DNA of 64,000 nt from Phyllobates terribilis (Eukaryota). Shown here one piece after another: positions 9,836 through 22,804 of the stretch. The position numbers and the translations under genes were made by a program. The stretch is from the NCBI RefSeq assembly GCF_046119375.1, contig NW_027362762.1, forward strand, positions 516,646,001 through 516,710,000, in the 5' to 3' direction. How positions within the stretch are numbered: the stretch's first letter is position 1; each line of letters starts with the position of its first letter. The notes below the pieces were generated by a model that was given only the letters and a program-made list of their open reading frames with translations, ran no database searches and was not told the DNA's origin.

Positions 9836-12776
9836 GATTATCTATCCATATGGGTCACTATGACTTTTGGATAGCCAACCACCATAGCTATGGATTAGTA
9901 ATTTCTAATATCGTCCTCCACAATATGGCACATTGCCTTAAAGTTATGATTGAATGAGAACACTATTGATGTCTTGTGGCATGTTAGAACATCAAACATA
10001 TTTCAGATGAATTTCAGACATCCTATTATGCTTGGTCCCTTTATGTTGTGGGAAATGGAATCCCGTCTTGAGTTTGAGCTAGGCATCTGTCCTGTCTCAT
10101 GTTTATACACTGATGCATGGTATATTTTGCTTGTTTCCAGCTTGCGGTTTTGTATACATTTCTCTCTTGTTACATGATGACACAATGGGAGTGCCCTATT
10201 CCCCATTCTGGTAGCGACAATGCAGTTTAAAATTCTTGTCATGCTTCTGCTGCCGGCAATGCCAAGTGTTTATTTTCCTTCCTTACCGCTCCAGTTACTG
10301 TAAATGTTATTGAACAGAATCTCGAAAGGAAGGTCTTTAGTTTCATTAGAAGTTGGCCCCTTTAACTACTTAGTGTACACGCTAACATGTAAGACCAACG
10401 ACTGCGGTGGTGGGGAACATCTCCTAGATGAAGATCAGTTTTTCCCTTATTTGGCCATAACTATTCATTTTATATTCTCATATCCCTCCACATAATTGTT
10501 CTCATATCTTTCCATATAAACAATTCTAGTGCAGCCAGTGTGGCCTATCAAATGGCCTAAAAAATGCCCAAAAAAAAAATAGAAAACATTCCAACATACC
10601 TTAACATTTTGGAACCCCGATGTCTGTCGTTCAGGTTGCCCAATGCATGCTGGATTATCTATATTAGTTCATTAATTCAGCAGGTTTAGCCTACATTGGT
10701 GGAGGCCCAACACCTGCCAACCTGCCGATCAGCTGATTGAAAGGTCCAGGGGACCTTGAGCTCTACTAGCTAAGAAAATTTACTATTTTAAGCATTCTTT
10801 TCTTAATTTGGCAGCCCATTGCTTTTCAGAGCTGGGATCCTGGGTTTTAATCCTACAAAGCAAAACATTTGCTTGGAGTTTGAATATTGATATCCATATC
10901 CTTGGGTTTTCCACCTTTAGGCCATGTTCACGTTTTCAGTATTTGGTCTGTATCTCGCATTAGCATTTGTAAGCCAAAACCAAGAGTGGGTGAGAAATAC
11001 AGAAGTGGTGACATATTTCTATTATACTCTTTTTCTGGTTGTTCCACTCCTGGTTTTGGCTTACAAATACTGATGTAAGTTTTATTGGGGAAGGGTAGCC
11101 TTTCCCTCTTCCATACGCCCTTCCCCCCTCATACCTACCCTGGTTTTATAGTATGTATTTTGTTTTCCTGTTGTTAAAAAATTAAAAATTTTAATAAAAA
11201 TACTTGAACAACAAACCCTGATGTAGAATACTGATGTGTGAATGTGGCCTTGCTGAAGCAGTCCTCTTTCCAGAATCAGGGCAATCAGTAGGCATATTGT
11301 CAAATACAACTTTCAGTGGTGATGACGTGAAACGGGTGTTTTCTATTTTGCAAGATTTTAAAAAAGAGAATTTTCATCAGTTAAGTAATATTTTAATACA
11401 TTTGTTCCTACTCACATCTGTAGTTGTAGAAAATACAACACAAATTAAAAACAGAAAGCAAATGACTATTTGTTAGTCTGCAATGCTTCCTGCAGAAAGT
11501 AAACAATCTTCTCCCAATCTGTCAGGGAAAACAGGAGCCTGTCTTCTAATCCCCACTAAAGGGGATACGTCATCAGACACGGGCCTTTTTTTAAAACTGG
11601 ATTTTATGTTACGTATTTTAAAAAGATGTTTTATAATGAGTTTTTATTAACATCACAATCTACAGTATATTAAAAAAAATCAGAAATCTAGCAATTTTCA
11701 CACTGCCACTGGACTTAATATTACAGACATAGAAAATGACAATGGCACCTCCATAGGATTAGTAAATCTGCAACATTCGATAAAACGGATACCTGTGTTA
11801 CGTTTATAAAATGTCCCATACACCTAATAAATCTATGCGCTGGAAAACACAATGAAATGACTAATCTGTGCACCCAGGACCCTAAGTGAGAAGGAAGTCA
11901 TCCCCTTATCCTATGGATTGGGGATAACGTCCAAACTTGGTACAGACCCATAAATCAGGAAAGGATACTTGTAGGCTAGCACAAGTACCACATAGCATTA
12001 TACTGCCACCATTTCAAACTCACCCCTTATTCTTTCCTCCTTTGTGGACTTCTTTCCATCCCTATCACCTAGTATTACATCTACAGTGCCTGCTCCTCAT
12101 TCCTTATCCCCTCTCTTGGGCCACTCGGTCTCTGCATTCTGCTCAGTTTTCCTGTAGCTTCCTATACAAGTGTCTCTGCTATCTACTTCAGTCCTCTGCT
12201 TGCTTTCTTACCACGCTTACCTGCATTGTTCCTGGTCTCCTCTTGCAGGCCGAATCCATCTTATCCATGTCTCGTCCTGCAGCAGACTCCTCACCAATAG
12301 AGGCAAAAGAAGGAGGCAAAGAGAACGATCAGCTCCATGCAGGAGATCATCATCAGCGTATTCAGTGAAGCAGTGTTGTGCAGAGCAACCCACTAAGGAG
12401 CGGCCCACCGAGGAATCTGCCAGGTGAGACAGATTGTCAGTCTGGGCTTGGGTACAAGGCAGTTAACATTATATAACAATTTACCCTCGGCTATGGACAT
12501 TTTCTTAATAAAATCATCCCTTCTCCAGTCTGGGATTATCTGGTGTACCCCTAAAAACGTAGTTTGCCTTATATCACCCTTGTGTGTTTTAGTAGGATGA
12601 CGTGATAGTGAATCATTTAAAAATCCCTTATTTATAACTCAAAATTGTTCCCCTACCCGTATGTATAATGTTCTCTTGGTCGGACCTTGTAGAACTTGCC
12701 TTTTGACTGACATGAAATAGAGACTTTAATAATAAATTTGGTCTTACTCTCTAGGTTGACTTCTTTGATATATTGG

Positions 12777-13351
12777 TGTCACGGGTGTATCAGGTGTAAT
12801 AGACAGTCGCTCTGGATCTGGTTACGGAAGCTCACTGCGCTTGGCATTGCAGATACCTTCTTAATCCTATTTCCTTTAAGACCCAGAGACGAACTCCCTC
12901 CTGCTGCTGATTGGCGCACCTTTGCATGGAAGTTAAAAACTCTCAGTTTGCTCCAGGCAATTGCCAGTGATACTTCTATGTTCTTTTGTGAATGCTTGGA
13001 TCACTAGCTGTTGGCTGGCGGCGCCCTTGGAGGACAGTTGGCGTTACTCCTCTTGTGACTGCTCAATCTAAGTTAAACCCCCTTTGTTTGTCTACCTTGT
13101 TGTCTTTAGTTTGTAATGGGACCTGACCAGTGCACACCCCTCCCCCTACCTATCTAGGGCCAAGTTCTAGGGATATACAGGGTTTAGGGTCCTGCTTGGC
13201 AATTTGTGTGGAGCCAATATAGGGAAGTTAGGGTAGGCAGGGTGTTATTAGATCTGCCTAGGGGTCTCCACTCCCCCTTTCCCTAGTGTTTGGGTTTCCT
13301 CCCCCTCTTTCCTTCGTGCTACACTTAGTCTTTCCCACATCTTGTGTGACA
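12777..13351. mobile_element. Solo LTR, about 575 bp
   Basis: TGTCAC...GTGACA inverted termini; flanking 5-mers ATTGG / TTTGG (5-bp TSD with one mismatch). Confidence 0.7.
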
Positions 13352-15376
13352 TTTGGTTGTTACATTGTGTGGTGATTTCACATGTGCCACATTAAACACA
13401 CGGTGGAATGTTGGGTAATTTATTTAAATATTGTGTGTATTTGTGGTGACTTTTTCCTTGGTAGTTGGAGCTACAGAATTACCAATAGTCCTTGCCTATT
13501 TATAGAGGTTTCTCAAGCTGTTTATATGCACTGGCTCCCATTATTCTGCTCTGTAATTGTGTTCCATACACTTCCACACTGTAATCTGTATGGGATTGTG
13601 TTATCCTAAGAGCACAGATTATTCATTTAACTGTATATATGGTTTTCCAGCGCATACATTTATTAGGTATAGGCCTAATATTAGGCTAATACTTCCTGTT
13701 CTTTTCAACAGCTACATTGTCTTAAACAACAATAGAGTTTAATGAGTTTCACTTTGTGTATTGAAGAACTGAAATAATTTAACTTTTTGATGACATTCTA
13801 ATTTTGTGCGAAGCACCTGTAGAAGTGTAATTTGTCATTGTAATCCTGTCTGTGATGATAATGAGACTGTTGAAAAGTGTTCTATAAAGACCAGGAAACA
13901 TGTGTTAATGCTAGGCCTAGTGGCCAGTGTTAAAATTGCAAGATCTCTGTTTTTGTTTTTTTAATACAGAAAATGAAATGGAAAATTGAAAAAAAAAATT
14001 AAAATATACCTTTGCCATAAAAACCTGATTTAAACACTGGGTCGTTTTCTAATGACAGATTCCCTTTAAAAATAACTGAGTGATTCGGGCTTGACTAAAG
14101 GGGTGATGCACCTCTATTAGGGGCACAGAAGACGTCATTAGATGAAAACTTTAGAGAATGATTATTCAACAACCACTGAGCGGATTCATTCACAGCAGGC
14201 ATCAGATTAATCAGCATCACAGCACCATTATGGCCACGGCTTTACTTTATAGTGCTAAATCCTGCTGACAGGTTCTTTTTAAACTAAACTTTTTGCAGGA
14301 CACCTTTTTCATCAGTGCTACTACTACCAGATCTACTTGAATGTGGCTTTCAAATAGTAGTGCTATCAATGTGTCCACACAGAGTTGCTTCCCTTTAAGG
14401 AGTTTCTAAACCTTACGATACTGATGACCTATCCTCAAGATAGGCCATCAATATCAGATCTGTGAGAGACCAACATCTGGCATCTCCTCCAAACAGCTTT
14501 TTGCAATATCAGCTGTGGTCAGATATGAGAATACAGAGCCATTACAGCACAACACTATTTATTGGCCATGGTCAGATGCTCAAGTAAATAGAAACTGAGC
14601 TGTAGTACCCAAGAATGGTCACCATATAGTGTGCATGCCATGCTGTTTCGGCTCTCTCCTCCGTGGACATCCAGCCATCTTGGAAACAGCAACAACAGAT
14701 CAGTGGGGGTCCTAACCTGCCACTCCCACAAAAGCTAAGAAAAATTCATTTATATAGAATTTTAGATTTTACTGCTTTTAGAAAATAATTATTTTTCTGT
14801 TAGTGAAGCTGTATTAAAGTTACTTTTTTATGTGGTACCATCAGTACAATTTAATTACTTGGCTTTTCAGTGTCCGTCAGAGGTCTACGTTCGGAGGATC
14901 ACCTGATACATACCTCTAATAAACCCACTGTACAGGCGTGCTTTGGTATTCTGCTGCCTATAGGCTATGTTATACAGCAGAAAAAGAGTATACTGACAAA
15001 TTCCAGTTTGACAGAGGCCATTCTTCAGGTCATACCAAGAGCTGTAATTTTACATAATACACAAAAAAAACTATCATATAGTCAAAGTTACCGGAACTTG
15101 ATAATTGATATGTCTATTGAGCTCAATTCTGGTACCATATTGATTTACTACACTTCCAGTTTTGAACTGGATTGGCGAGGGTCCACCACTGACTCTGAGG
15201 TCCACTGTTCAGCTACATGCAGATATTATATTACTCTATTTTACAAATGTTTCTAATGTTTCTATATAATAATCAACTGGGTAGATTGTTGAATAAATGA
15301 TGAGATGCTGCTATCGTCTGTACATAATGGATCAAATGTATTGGGTCAACTACTGCTTATGTCAGGGAGTACGGGC

Positions 15377-18300
15377 TGTAGCACTGAGATTAATTGCTGC
15401 AGTGATTAAACATGGGAAAAAGGTTCTAGAACACAATACCCACCGACTTATAGTCATGGGTACACAAGTCTGAGGTCCAGAGCACTCTGGAAGAGGTTTT
15501 CATCCAGGATATCTCTGTACTTGGCCGCATTCATGTCCTGGCGCCATACTTAACGGGGGAGCCACAAAAGGCCTACTATGATTTGGCTTTACAGAACTCC
15601 AAAGAATATGAAAAATTGAAAACAGAAAGTTTGGCTCGCTTAGGGGTGACAATGTCTGTCGGGGTACAACGGGTCCACCGCTGGGCATATCACCGTGACA
15701 AACCCCCCACTCACAAATGTTTGATCTTCTGCACCTCATCCAAAAGTGGTTACAGCCGGAGTCCTCTACCCCAGCATAGATGGTGGATGCGAGTTGTAAT
15801 GGACCGGTTCGTCCACTCCCTTCCGAGCCTGATGCAGACTTGGGTTGCCCAGGGAGATCCTAAGAACGCCGATGACTTGGTTGGACTGGTCGAAAGCTAT
15901 CAGGGGGGTCGACGGGTCCGTGGGGAGGCAACCCATTCCATACTAGTTGCCGGAGGTTAAAAAGGGGGCGGGGCATCCAAGGGGGCGGCAGAGGTCATGC
16001 CAAGGCCCTCATCAAGGGATGTAATTTGCTGGAGATGTTACGGTCCAGGTCATACAGCTGCCCATTGTCCCTTGACCACTAAGCAAATGCACTGTGGCAT
16101 GGGACACCGGTGTTCGTTTTACGCATATCCAGCTTGCAGTGTGGACTATTCACCCGGTAAGGGACTCCAAACTTGTCCTGTCAAAGTGAATGGCCTGCAA
16201 ATGACTGGACTACTAGACTCAGGGAGTTTGGTAACCCTCGTGAGTGACACACTCCCGCTCTAATTGATTCCTGGAAAGAAGGTGGGCGTCCACTGCATTC
16301 ATGAGGATGCTAAAAACTATCCAGTGGACAGAGTGGTCATTGAGAAGGCCCAAGGTACTGAGTTCCATGAGGTCGGCGAGGTTCTGGATTTGTTGCACCC
16401 AATCATCATAGGCCGGGAATTTGTGTTGTTTTGGGACTTGTGGGGGAGGGGCGGAGACCTGGATTACTCGGGTAAGAAACGGGTTGGCCCTAAAAAAATC
16501 TCCCCAACCCCAGAATCTGATGGGTTTCCCTTCTGCATAAGGGGAAAAGAGGAGAAAGTAATATTCCCTGAGGCAGACATTCCTGAGATAGGGGTGACCA
16601 GAGAAAATTTGGGGTTCACCCAACATAGAGATCTATCGCTAAAAGAAGCATTCAAAAAAGTAACTATCATAAACGGCATAGCACAGGATTCAGGGGCTGA
16701 CACCAGGTTTCCCTATTATATGTTGAGTGGGGACTTATTGTACAGAGTTAATAAAGTGAGGGAAGAGTTGTTGGTACCTGCACCCTATAGACAAAGGGTG
16801 TTGGATAAAGCCCATTCACATGTCTTAGGTGACCATCTGAGGGTGGACAAAACTCAAAACCGAGTCAGAGGTTCTATTGGCCAAGATGTCACAGAGAAAT
16901 CCTAAGATATTGGAAGTCCTTTCCCACCTGCCAGTTAACTGCTACCACCTCTCTCTTCCAAAATCCTCTCATGCCAATATCCATCAAGGCAGGGCAACAG
17001 AGGGGTCCCGTTGAACTTCCATGTGGGCTGGACAAGCCAGAAGGGGACACTGAGGATGTCACAGTGGCAGAGACACTGTCACCAGCCCAGAAACAACAGT
17101 GCCGATAACTACTTCAGCGGAACGGGGACCTGTTCTCGGAGTTGCCAGGACGTACGCAGGTGGTTGAACATGAAACCCTGATGGAAACACATATACTGAT
17201 GCCTGCGGGAGAGTTGGGTTTCTGCAACAACCACAGGAAACTAAATGTGATGTCGAAATGTGATGTGTATCCAATGCCATGCATTGATCTCGTGGAGAAG
17301 CAACCAGATACATCACCACCCTGGACCTAAAGAAAGGTTACTCCCAAATCCTTCTCTCTCAAAGTCCAAAGGAGAAGAGGGCCTCTTCTACACCTGATGG
17401 TTGCTTCCAGTATACCAGAATTCCGTTCGGGCTGCAAGGAGCCCCAGCTACATTCTGGAGAGCCATAGACCGGACCCTAGCCCCTCACAAAAAGTATGCT
17501 GCAGCTTACCTCGACGATATTATGATATTCAGCCCGGATTGGGAAGTCATCTGCAGAAAGTCCAAGCCGTTTACCATAAACCCAAAGAGGTGTACCTTCG
17601 AGAAAAAGAAGGGAAAATACCTGGGCTACATCGCTGGAAGAAGCAAAGTAAAGCCACAAGTAAATAAGGTGGAGGCAGTCCAAAGTTGGCCGAAACTGGT
17701 CTCCAAAGAACAACTTCAGGCATTTCTGGGAATGGCGAGACACCATCAGCCGGGTATCCCGAATTTTGTCATGATAGCAGCACCCCTGACCGACCTTCTT
17801 AACCCCTTTACACCCGAAGCTGGTTTGCACGTTAATGACCAGGCCAATTTTTACAATTCTGACCACTGTCAATTTATGAGGTAATAACTCTGGAACGCTT
17901 CAATGGATAGCCACTGATTCTGAGACTGTTTTTTCATGACATATTGTACTTCATGATAGTGGTAAAATGTCTTCGATATGGCTTGCATTACTTTGTAAAA
18001 AATCTGAAATTTGACAAAAATTTAGAAAATTTTACAATTTTCAAACTTTGAGTTTTCATGCCCTTAAATCAGAGAGATATGTCACACAACATAGTTAATA
18101 AATAACATTTCCTACATTTCTACTTTACATCAGCACAATTTTGGAACCAAATTTTTTTTTGTTAGGAAGTTATAAGGGTTAAGTTGACCAGCGATTTCTA
18201 ATTTTTCCAACAAAATTGACAAAACCATTTTTTTAGGGACCACATCACATTTGAAGTGACTTTGAGGGACCTTTATGACAGAAAAACCCAAAAGTGTCAC

Positions 18301-20833
18301 CATTCTAAAAACGGAACCCCTCAAGGTGCTCAACACCACATTCAAAAAGTTTATTAACCCTTCAGGCGCTTCACAGGAATTTTTGGAATGTGGAAGAAAA
18401 CAATGAACATTTAACTTTTTTTCACAAAAATTTTACTTTAGATCCAAATTTTTTTATTTTTGCAAGGGTAACAGGTAAAAATTAACCTCAAAATTTGTTG
18501 TGCAAATTCTTCTGAGCACGCCAATACCCCATATGTGTGGAAAAACCACTGTTTGGGCACACGGCAGGGCTCGGAAGGGAAAGAGCGCCATTTGACTTTT
18601 TGAATGTAAAATTTGCTTGAATAATTAGCAGACACCATGTTGCGTTTGGGGAGCCTCTGATTTGCCTAAATAGTGGAAATACCCCACAAGTGACCCCATT
18701 TTGGAAAATAGACCCATCAAGGAACTTACCTAGATGTGTGGTGAGTACCCTGAACCCCAAGGTGCTTCACAGAAGTTTATAACGTCAAGCCATAAAAATA
18801 AAAAAATCAAACTTTTTCCACAAAAATGATCTCTTAGCCCCAAATTTTTGTTTACACAATGGTAAGAGGAAAAAAATGACCCCAAAAACTGTTGTTCAAT
18901 TTTTCCTTGCGCTCAACACTAGTCGCCATATCGTCATTTTTTTTTTTTACTTTTGAAAAAATCCCAACCCTAACACTAACCCCAACCCTAGCACTAACCC
19001 CAACTCTAACCCTAACACAACCCTAACCCTACCACTAACCGTAAATCTAATCCTAGAGTTTATTTTTTACGCCGTTCCTCGTGCGGTGTACGTGAATAGA
19101 CGACTTTATTCTTCAGGTCGGTGGGATTACAGCGATACCAGATTCATATCGGGTTTTTATGTTTGGCAGCTGTCACACACTAAAAGACGCTTTTTTTTGC
19201 ATATTTCGGTAGACTCAATCATGTAAGGGCTTGTGTTTTGCAGGACAAGTTGACATTTTTATTGTTACCTTTTTCGGGCATGTGACATTTTTTGATCGCT
19301 TTCTATTCCAATTTTTGGAAGGCAGAAAAAACAAAAAGCAACAATTCAGAAATTTTTTTGGGGGGGTTTTGATCTCGTTTTATTCCATTTTTAGTTTGGC
19401 GGTATGATGATAAAGCATCATTTATTTTTTTTACCATGTTCACTAAAGGGGTTAACTAGTGGGACATTTTTATAAGTCAGGTCGTTCCGGATGCAACGAT
19501 ACCAAATATGTGTACTTTTATTGTTTTTTGTTTGTTTTTTTCAGAATAATATTTTTTTTATGGGTACAGTATATATATATATTTTTTTTGCATTATTTTT
19601 TCATTTTTTTTTTTATATTTTTACAATTTTTTTTTCACTTTCTGACACTTTTACCCTTTGTCCCAATATGGGACTTTCATTTTTTATAGGCTGATGGCTT
19701 TGCATAGCATAGGGATGCAGCAGCATCCTTGTGCTATACAGGCTGTCAGCCCTGCAGGCACAAGTTAGATGGATCGTGCACTGCGCATGATCTATCTAAC
19801 TTCCTGATGCCTGGTGACCCGGATGTCATCATGGCGACATCATGGCGACATCGGGTCACCATGGTAACGATCGGGACCCCGTGCACTCAGCGCAGTGTCT
19901 CCGATCCAAGGCAAGAGGGGCTCTCTTACCTTTGCCTGCTCCCACAATGCTGAAATCGACTTAGATCACAGCATTTATGGGGTTAGTGTACCGGGAGCGA
20001 TGCCTGACTGCTCATGGCACATAGTCTCGGGTGTCAGCTGACTCTAACAGTGGCGATTGCACCCGCACAGCCTCTGTGCGGGCACGATTGGTAAGGCATA
20101 ATAATACGTACCTGATCATTAAGGCACAGGTACGTATTATTACACCTGATGTCAGAAAGGGATTAAGAGCACGAAGACGTCAATGGCCAAATGGTCTCTT
20201 GAAGAAGAAATGGCATTCCAAGAGTTGAAACTCAGGGATACAGGACTTCATCTTTCATGTGAACACAGGCCCGGGAAGCTGCATAGTAACGCAGATGCCA
20301 GTTTGGACTCCCCTGTTTGGTGACTGAAGGTGCCAAAACCTACAGCTTTGGGCAAAGGGGGGAAAATGTGACAAAGTCACAGGCAAAGTACTGGAGGGGA
20401 GATATGTAGCACTGAGATTAATAGCTGCAGTAATTATACATAGGAAAAAGGTTCCAGCACACGAGTGGGTTAATCAGCTATCTTAGTGCTAGGGTGATTA
20501 AACACCTGTAGAACGGGAGGAACTCAGAGGACAAAATCACAGCCTTTCAGAGCATTTGGAGTAGGGTGGGCCTGGAGGTGAAAGCTCTGAGCTGTTTTGG
20601 TTATATGAAGGAAAGACAAACCTGGTGGAATTGTTTGCTCCTGAAGCGGGTTACAAGGACTGTGCCATACGTTATAGTTATGGTTTGTTCTTCCTGTTAG
20701 GCCAAGAAAGCCATGTTTGTTTTTGCTAACATTGCTGTAGTTTATGCAGTGCTCTTAAAAACTCAGCAGAAGATTTAAAGAGACAGTGTTCCTGTGTACC
20801 TCTAAGTGCAACTAAGTGAGTAGATCTACCACA
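15377..20833 (+). mobile_element. Decayed Gmr1-like Gypsy retrotransposon (SCAN-like gag, CCHC knuckle, protease, integrase before RT/RNase H)
   Basis: Matching LTR starts TGTAGCACTGAGATTAAT at 15377 and 20405; 4-bp TSD GGGC on both sides. Gag LAPYLTGEPQKAYYDL...KWLQPE...DRFVHSLP...WVAQGDP; CWRCYGPGHTAAHC; LLDSGSLVTLV; integrase HSHVLGDHL...PTCQ at about 16800-16940 precedes RT AYLDD at about 17505-17520. Many frameshifts and deletions. Confidence 0.85.
17803..20162. mobile_element. Non-autonomous TTAA-targeting (piggyBac-like) element nested in the Gmr1-like RT
   Basis: TTAA|CCCCTTTACACC...GTCAGAAAGGGA|TTAA. Excision restores the RT frame PLTDLLK-STKTSMAKWSLEEEMAFQELK. No transposase ORF. 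Confidence 0.85.
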
Positions 20834-21141
20834 GGGCTTACTCCTGTACAGGGGCCTATCAGGGAATTCCCCTGTTTTCCTGTGGGCCAGTCCAATCCTT
20901 TACACTTCTGTAATTATATTTATGAACTAAGTTTGCTTTTTTCAGAAAAAAAAGGAAAGCGATTTGTCTGATCTCTACTATTAGCAATGTAATATCCAAA
21001 AAACAGACCAACTTTCAAGGCACTGCTGCTTGGCTGGAATGATGAACAGAAGATTGTTGTCTAGATGCTATTGTTCTTTCTTAAAATGTATTCATCCAAC
21101 ACATTTTAGATCTGAACAATCTCCTTCATCAGGTCCATGTA

Positions 21142-22790
21142 CAGTGGCTTGCCAAAGTACAGTATTCCCCCTCCTTGGCATTTTTTGTTTTGCTACCTCA
21201 CAACCTGGAATTTCACTGTTTTTTTTTGAGGGTTTGCATCAGTTCATGTAAAGAACATGTCTACAACTGTGAACATTTGGTTTTCTTTTTATTGAGAATG
21301 AAAACAACAAATAGGACAAAATAACTGAAAACTTCAGTGTGTATAACTATTCTCCCCCCTAAAGTCAGTACTTTGTAGAGCCTCCTTTGGCGGCAATTAC
21401 AGCTGCAAGTCGCTTTGGATAAGTCTCTATGCGCTTTCCACATCTTGCCACTGGGATTTTTGCCCATTCCTCAAGGTAAAACTGCTCCAGCTCTTTCAAG
21501 TTTGCTGATCACCAGAGGAAACCATCTATCTTCAAGTCTGAACACAGATTCTCAATTGGATTAAGGTCTGGGCTTTGACTAGGCCACTCCAAAACATTTA
21601 AAAATTTCCCCTTAAACCACTTGAGTTTTGCTTTAGCAGTATGCTTTAGATCATTGTCTTGTTGGAAGGTGAACCTACGTCCCAGTCTCAAATCACTAAC
21701 AGACTGAAATAGATTTTGCTCAAGACTATCCCTGTATTTCTTGTATTTCATCCATCTTCCTCTCGACTCAACGCAGACCATTTTCCCTGTCCCTGCAGCC
21801 GAAAAACATCCCCAAAACATGATGCTGCCACCACGTTTCACTATGAGGATGGTGTTCTTGGGGTGATGCGCTGTGCTTGTTTGGCACCAGCCATAGCATT
21901 TACCTTGATGGCCAAGAAGTTAAATTTTTGTCTCATCTGACCACAGCCCTTTCCTCCATACATTTGGGGAGTCTACCACATGTCTATTAGCAAACTCAAA
22001 ACTAGCCTTACAATTTTTGTGTGTAGGTAAAGGCTTTTTTCTCCCCACTCTTCCATAAAGGCCACCTCTATGGAGTGTACGGCTTATTGTGGTTGTATGG
22101 ACAGATATTCCAGTCTCTGCTGGGGAACTCTGCAGTCCCTTCAGGGTTACCTTTCGTCTCTCTGCTGCCTCTCTGATTAATGCCCTCCTTGCCCGATCTG
22201 AGAGTTTTGATGGGTGGCCCTCTCTTGGCAGGTTTGTTGTGGTGCCATGTTCTTTCCATTTGATGATAATGGATTTGATGGTGCTCCGAGGGATCATCAG
22301 AGATTGGGATATTTTTTTATAACCCAACCCTTACTTATACCTCGACAACTTTATGGCTGACTTGTTTGGAGATTTCCTTGGTCTTCATGGTGTTGTTTGG
22401 TTAGTGGTGCCTCTTGACTAATGGTGTTGCAGCCTCTGTGGCCTTTCAGAAAAGGTAAAGTATATACTGACGGACCATGTGACACTTAGATTGCACACAG
22501 GTGGACTTCCTTTCAATAAGCATGTGACTTATGAAGGTAATTGATTGCACCAGAAATTTTTAGGAACTTCATAGCAAAAGGGGAGAATACATATGCACAT
22601 GCCAATTTTTAGTTATTTGATCCCATAAATTTAATTTATGCCTATATTTTTCTCACTTCACTTCTCCAAATTAGGCTATTTAGTGCTCATGCATCACACA
22701 CAAATCGGATTACAAAAATATTTAAACACAGGTTGCAATGTAACAAAATAGGTAAAAACCAAGGAGGGTGAATATTTTCGCAAGCCGTTG
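21142..22790 (-). mobile_element. Full-length decayed Tc1 (DD34E type)
   Basis: TA-flanked TIRs CAGTGGCTTGCCAAAGT / TTTTCGCAAGCCGTTG. Transposase in pieces 21920-22327 and 21509-21841 (WSDETKI, QQDNDLKH, SPDLNPIE). Confidence 0.9.
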
Positions 22791-22804
22791 TATACATGTA
22801 TGTA

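Noticed and set aside
10780-11380. Possible minus-strand exon interrupted by a MITE (ENTRFTSSPLKVVFDNMPTDCPDSGK...)
   Set aside because: No recognisable homology, weak donor, and it needs MITE removal to extend.
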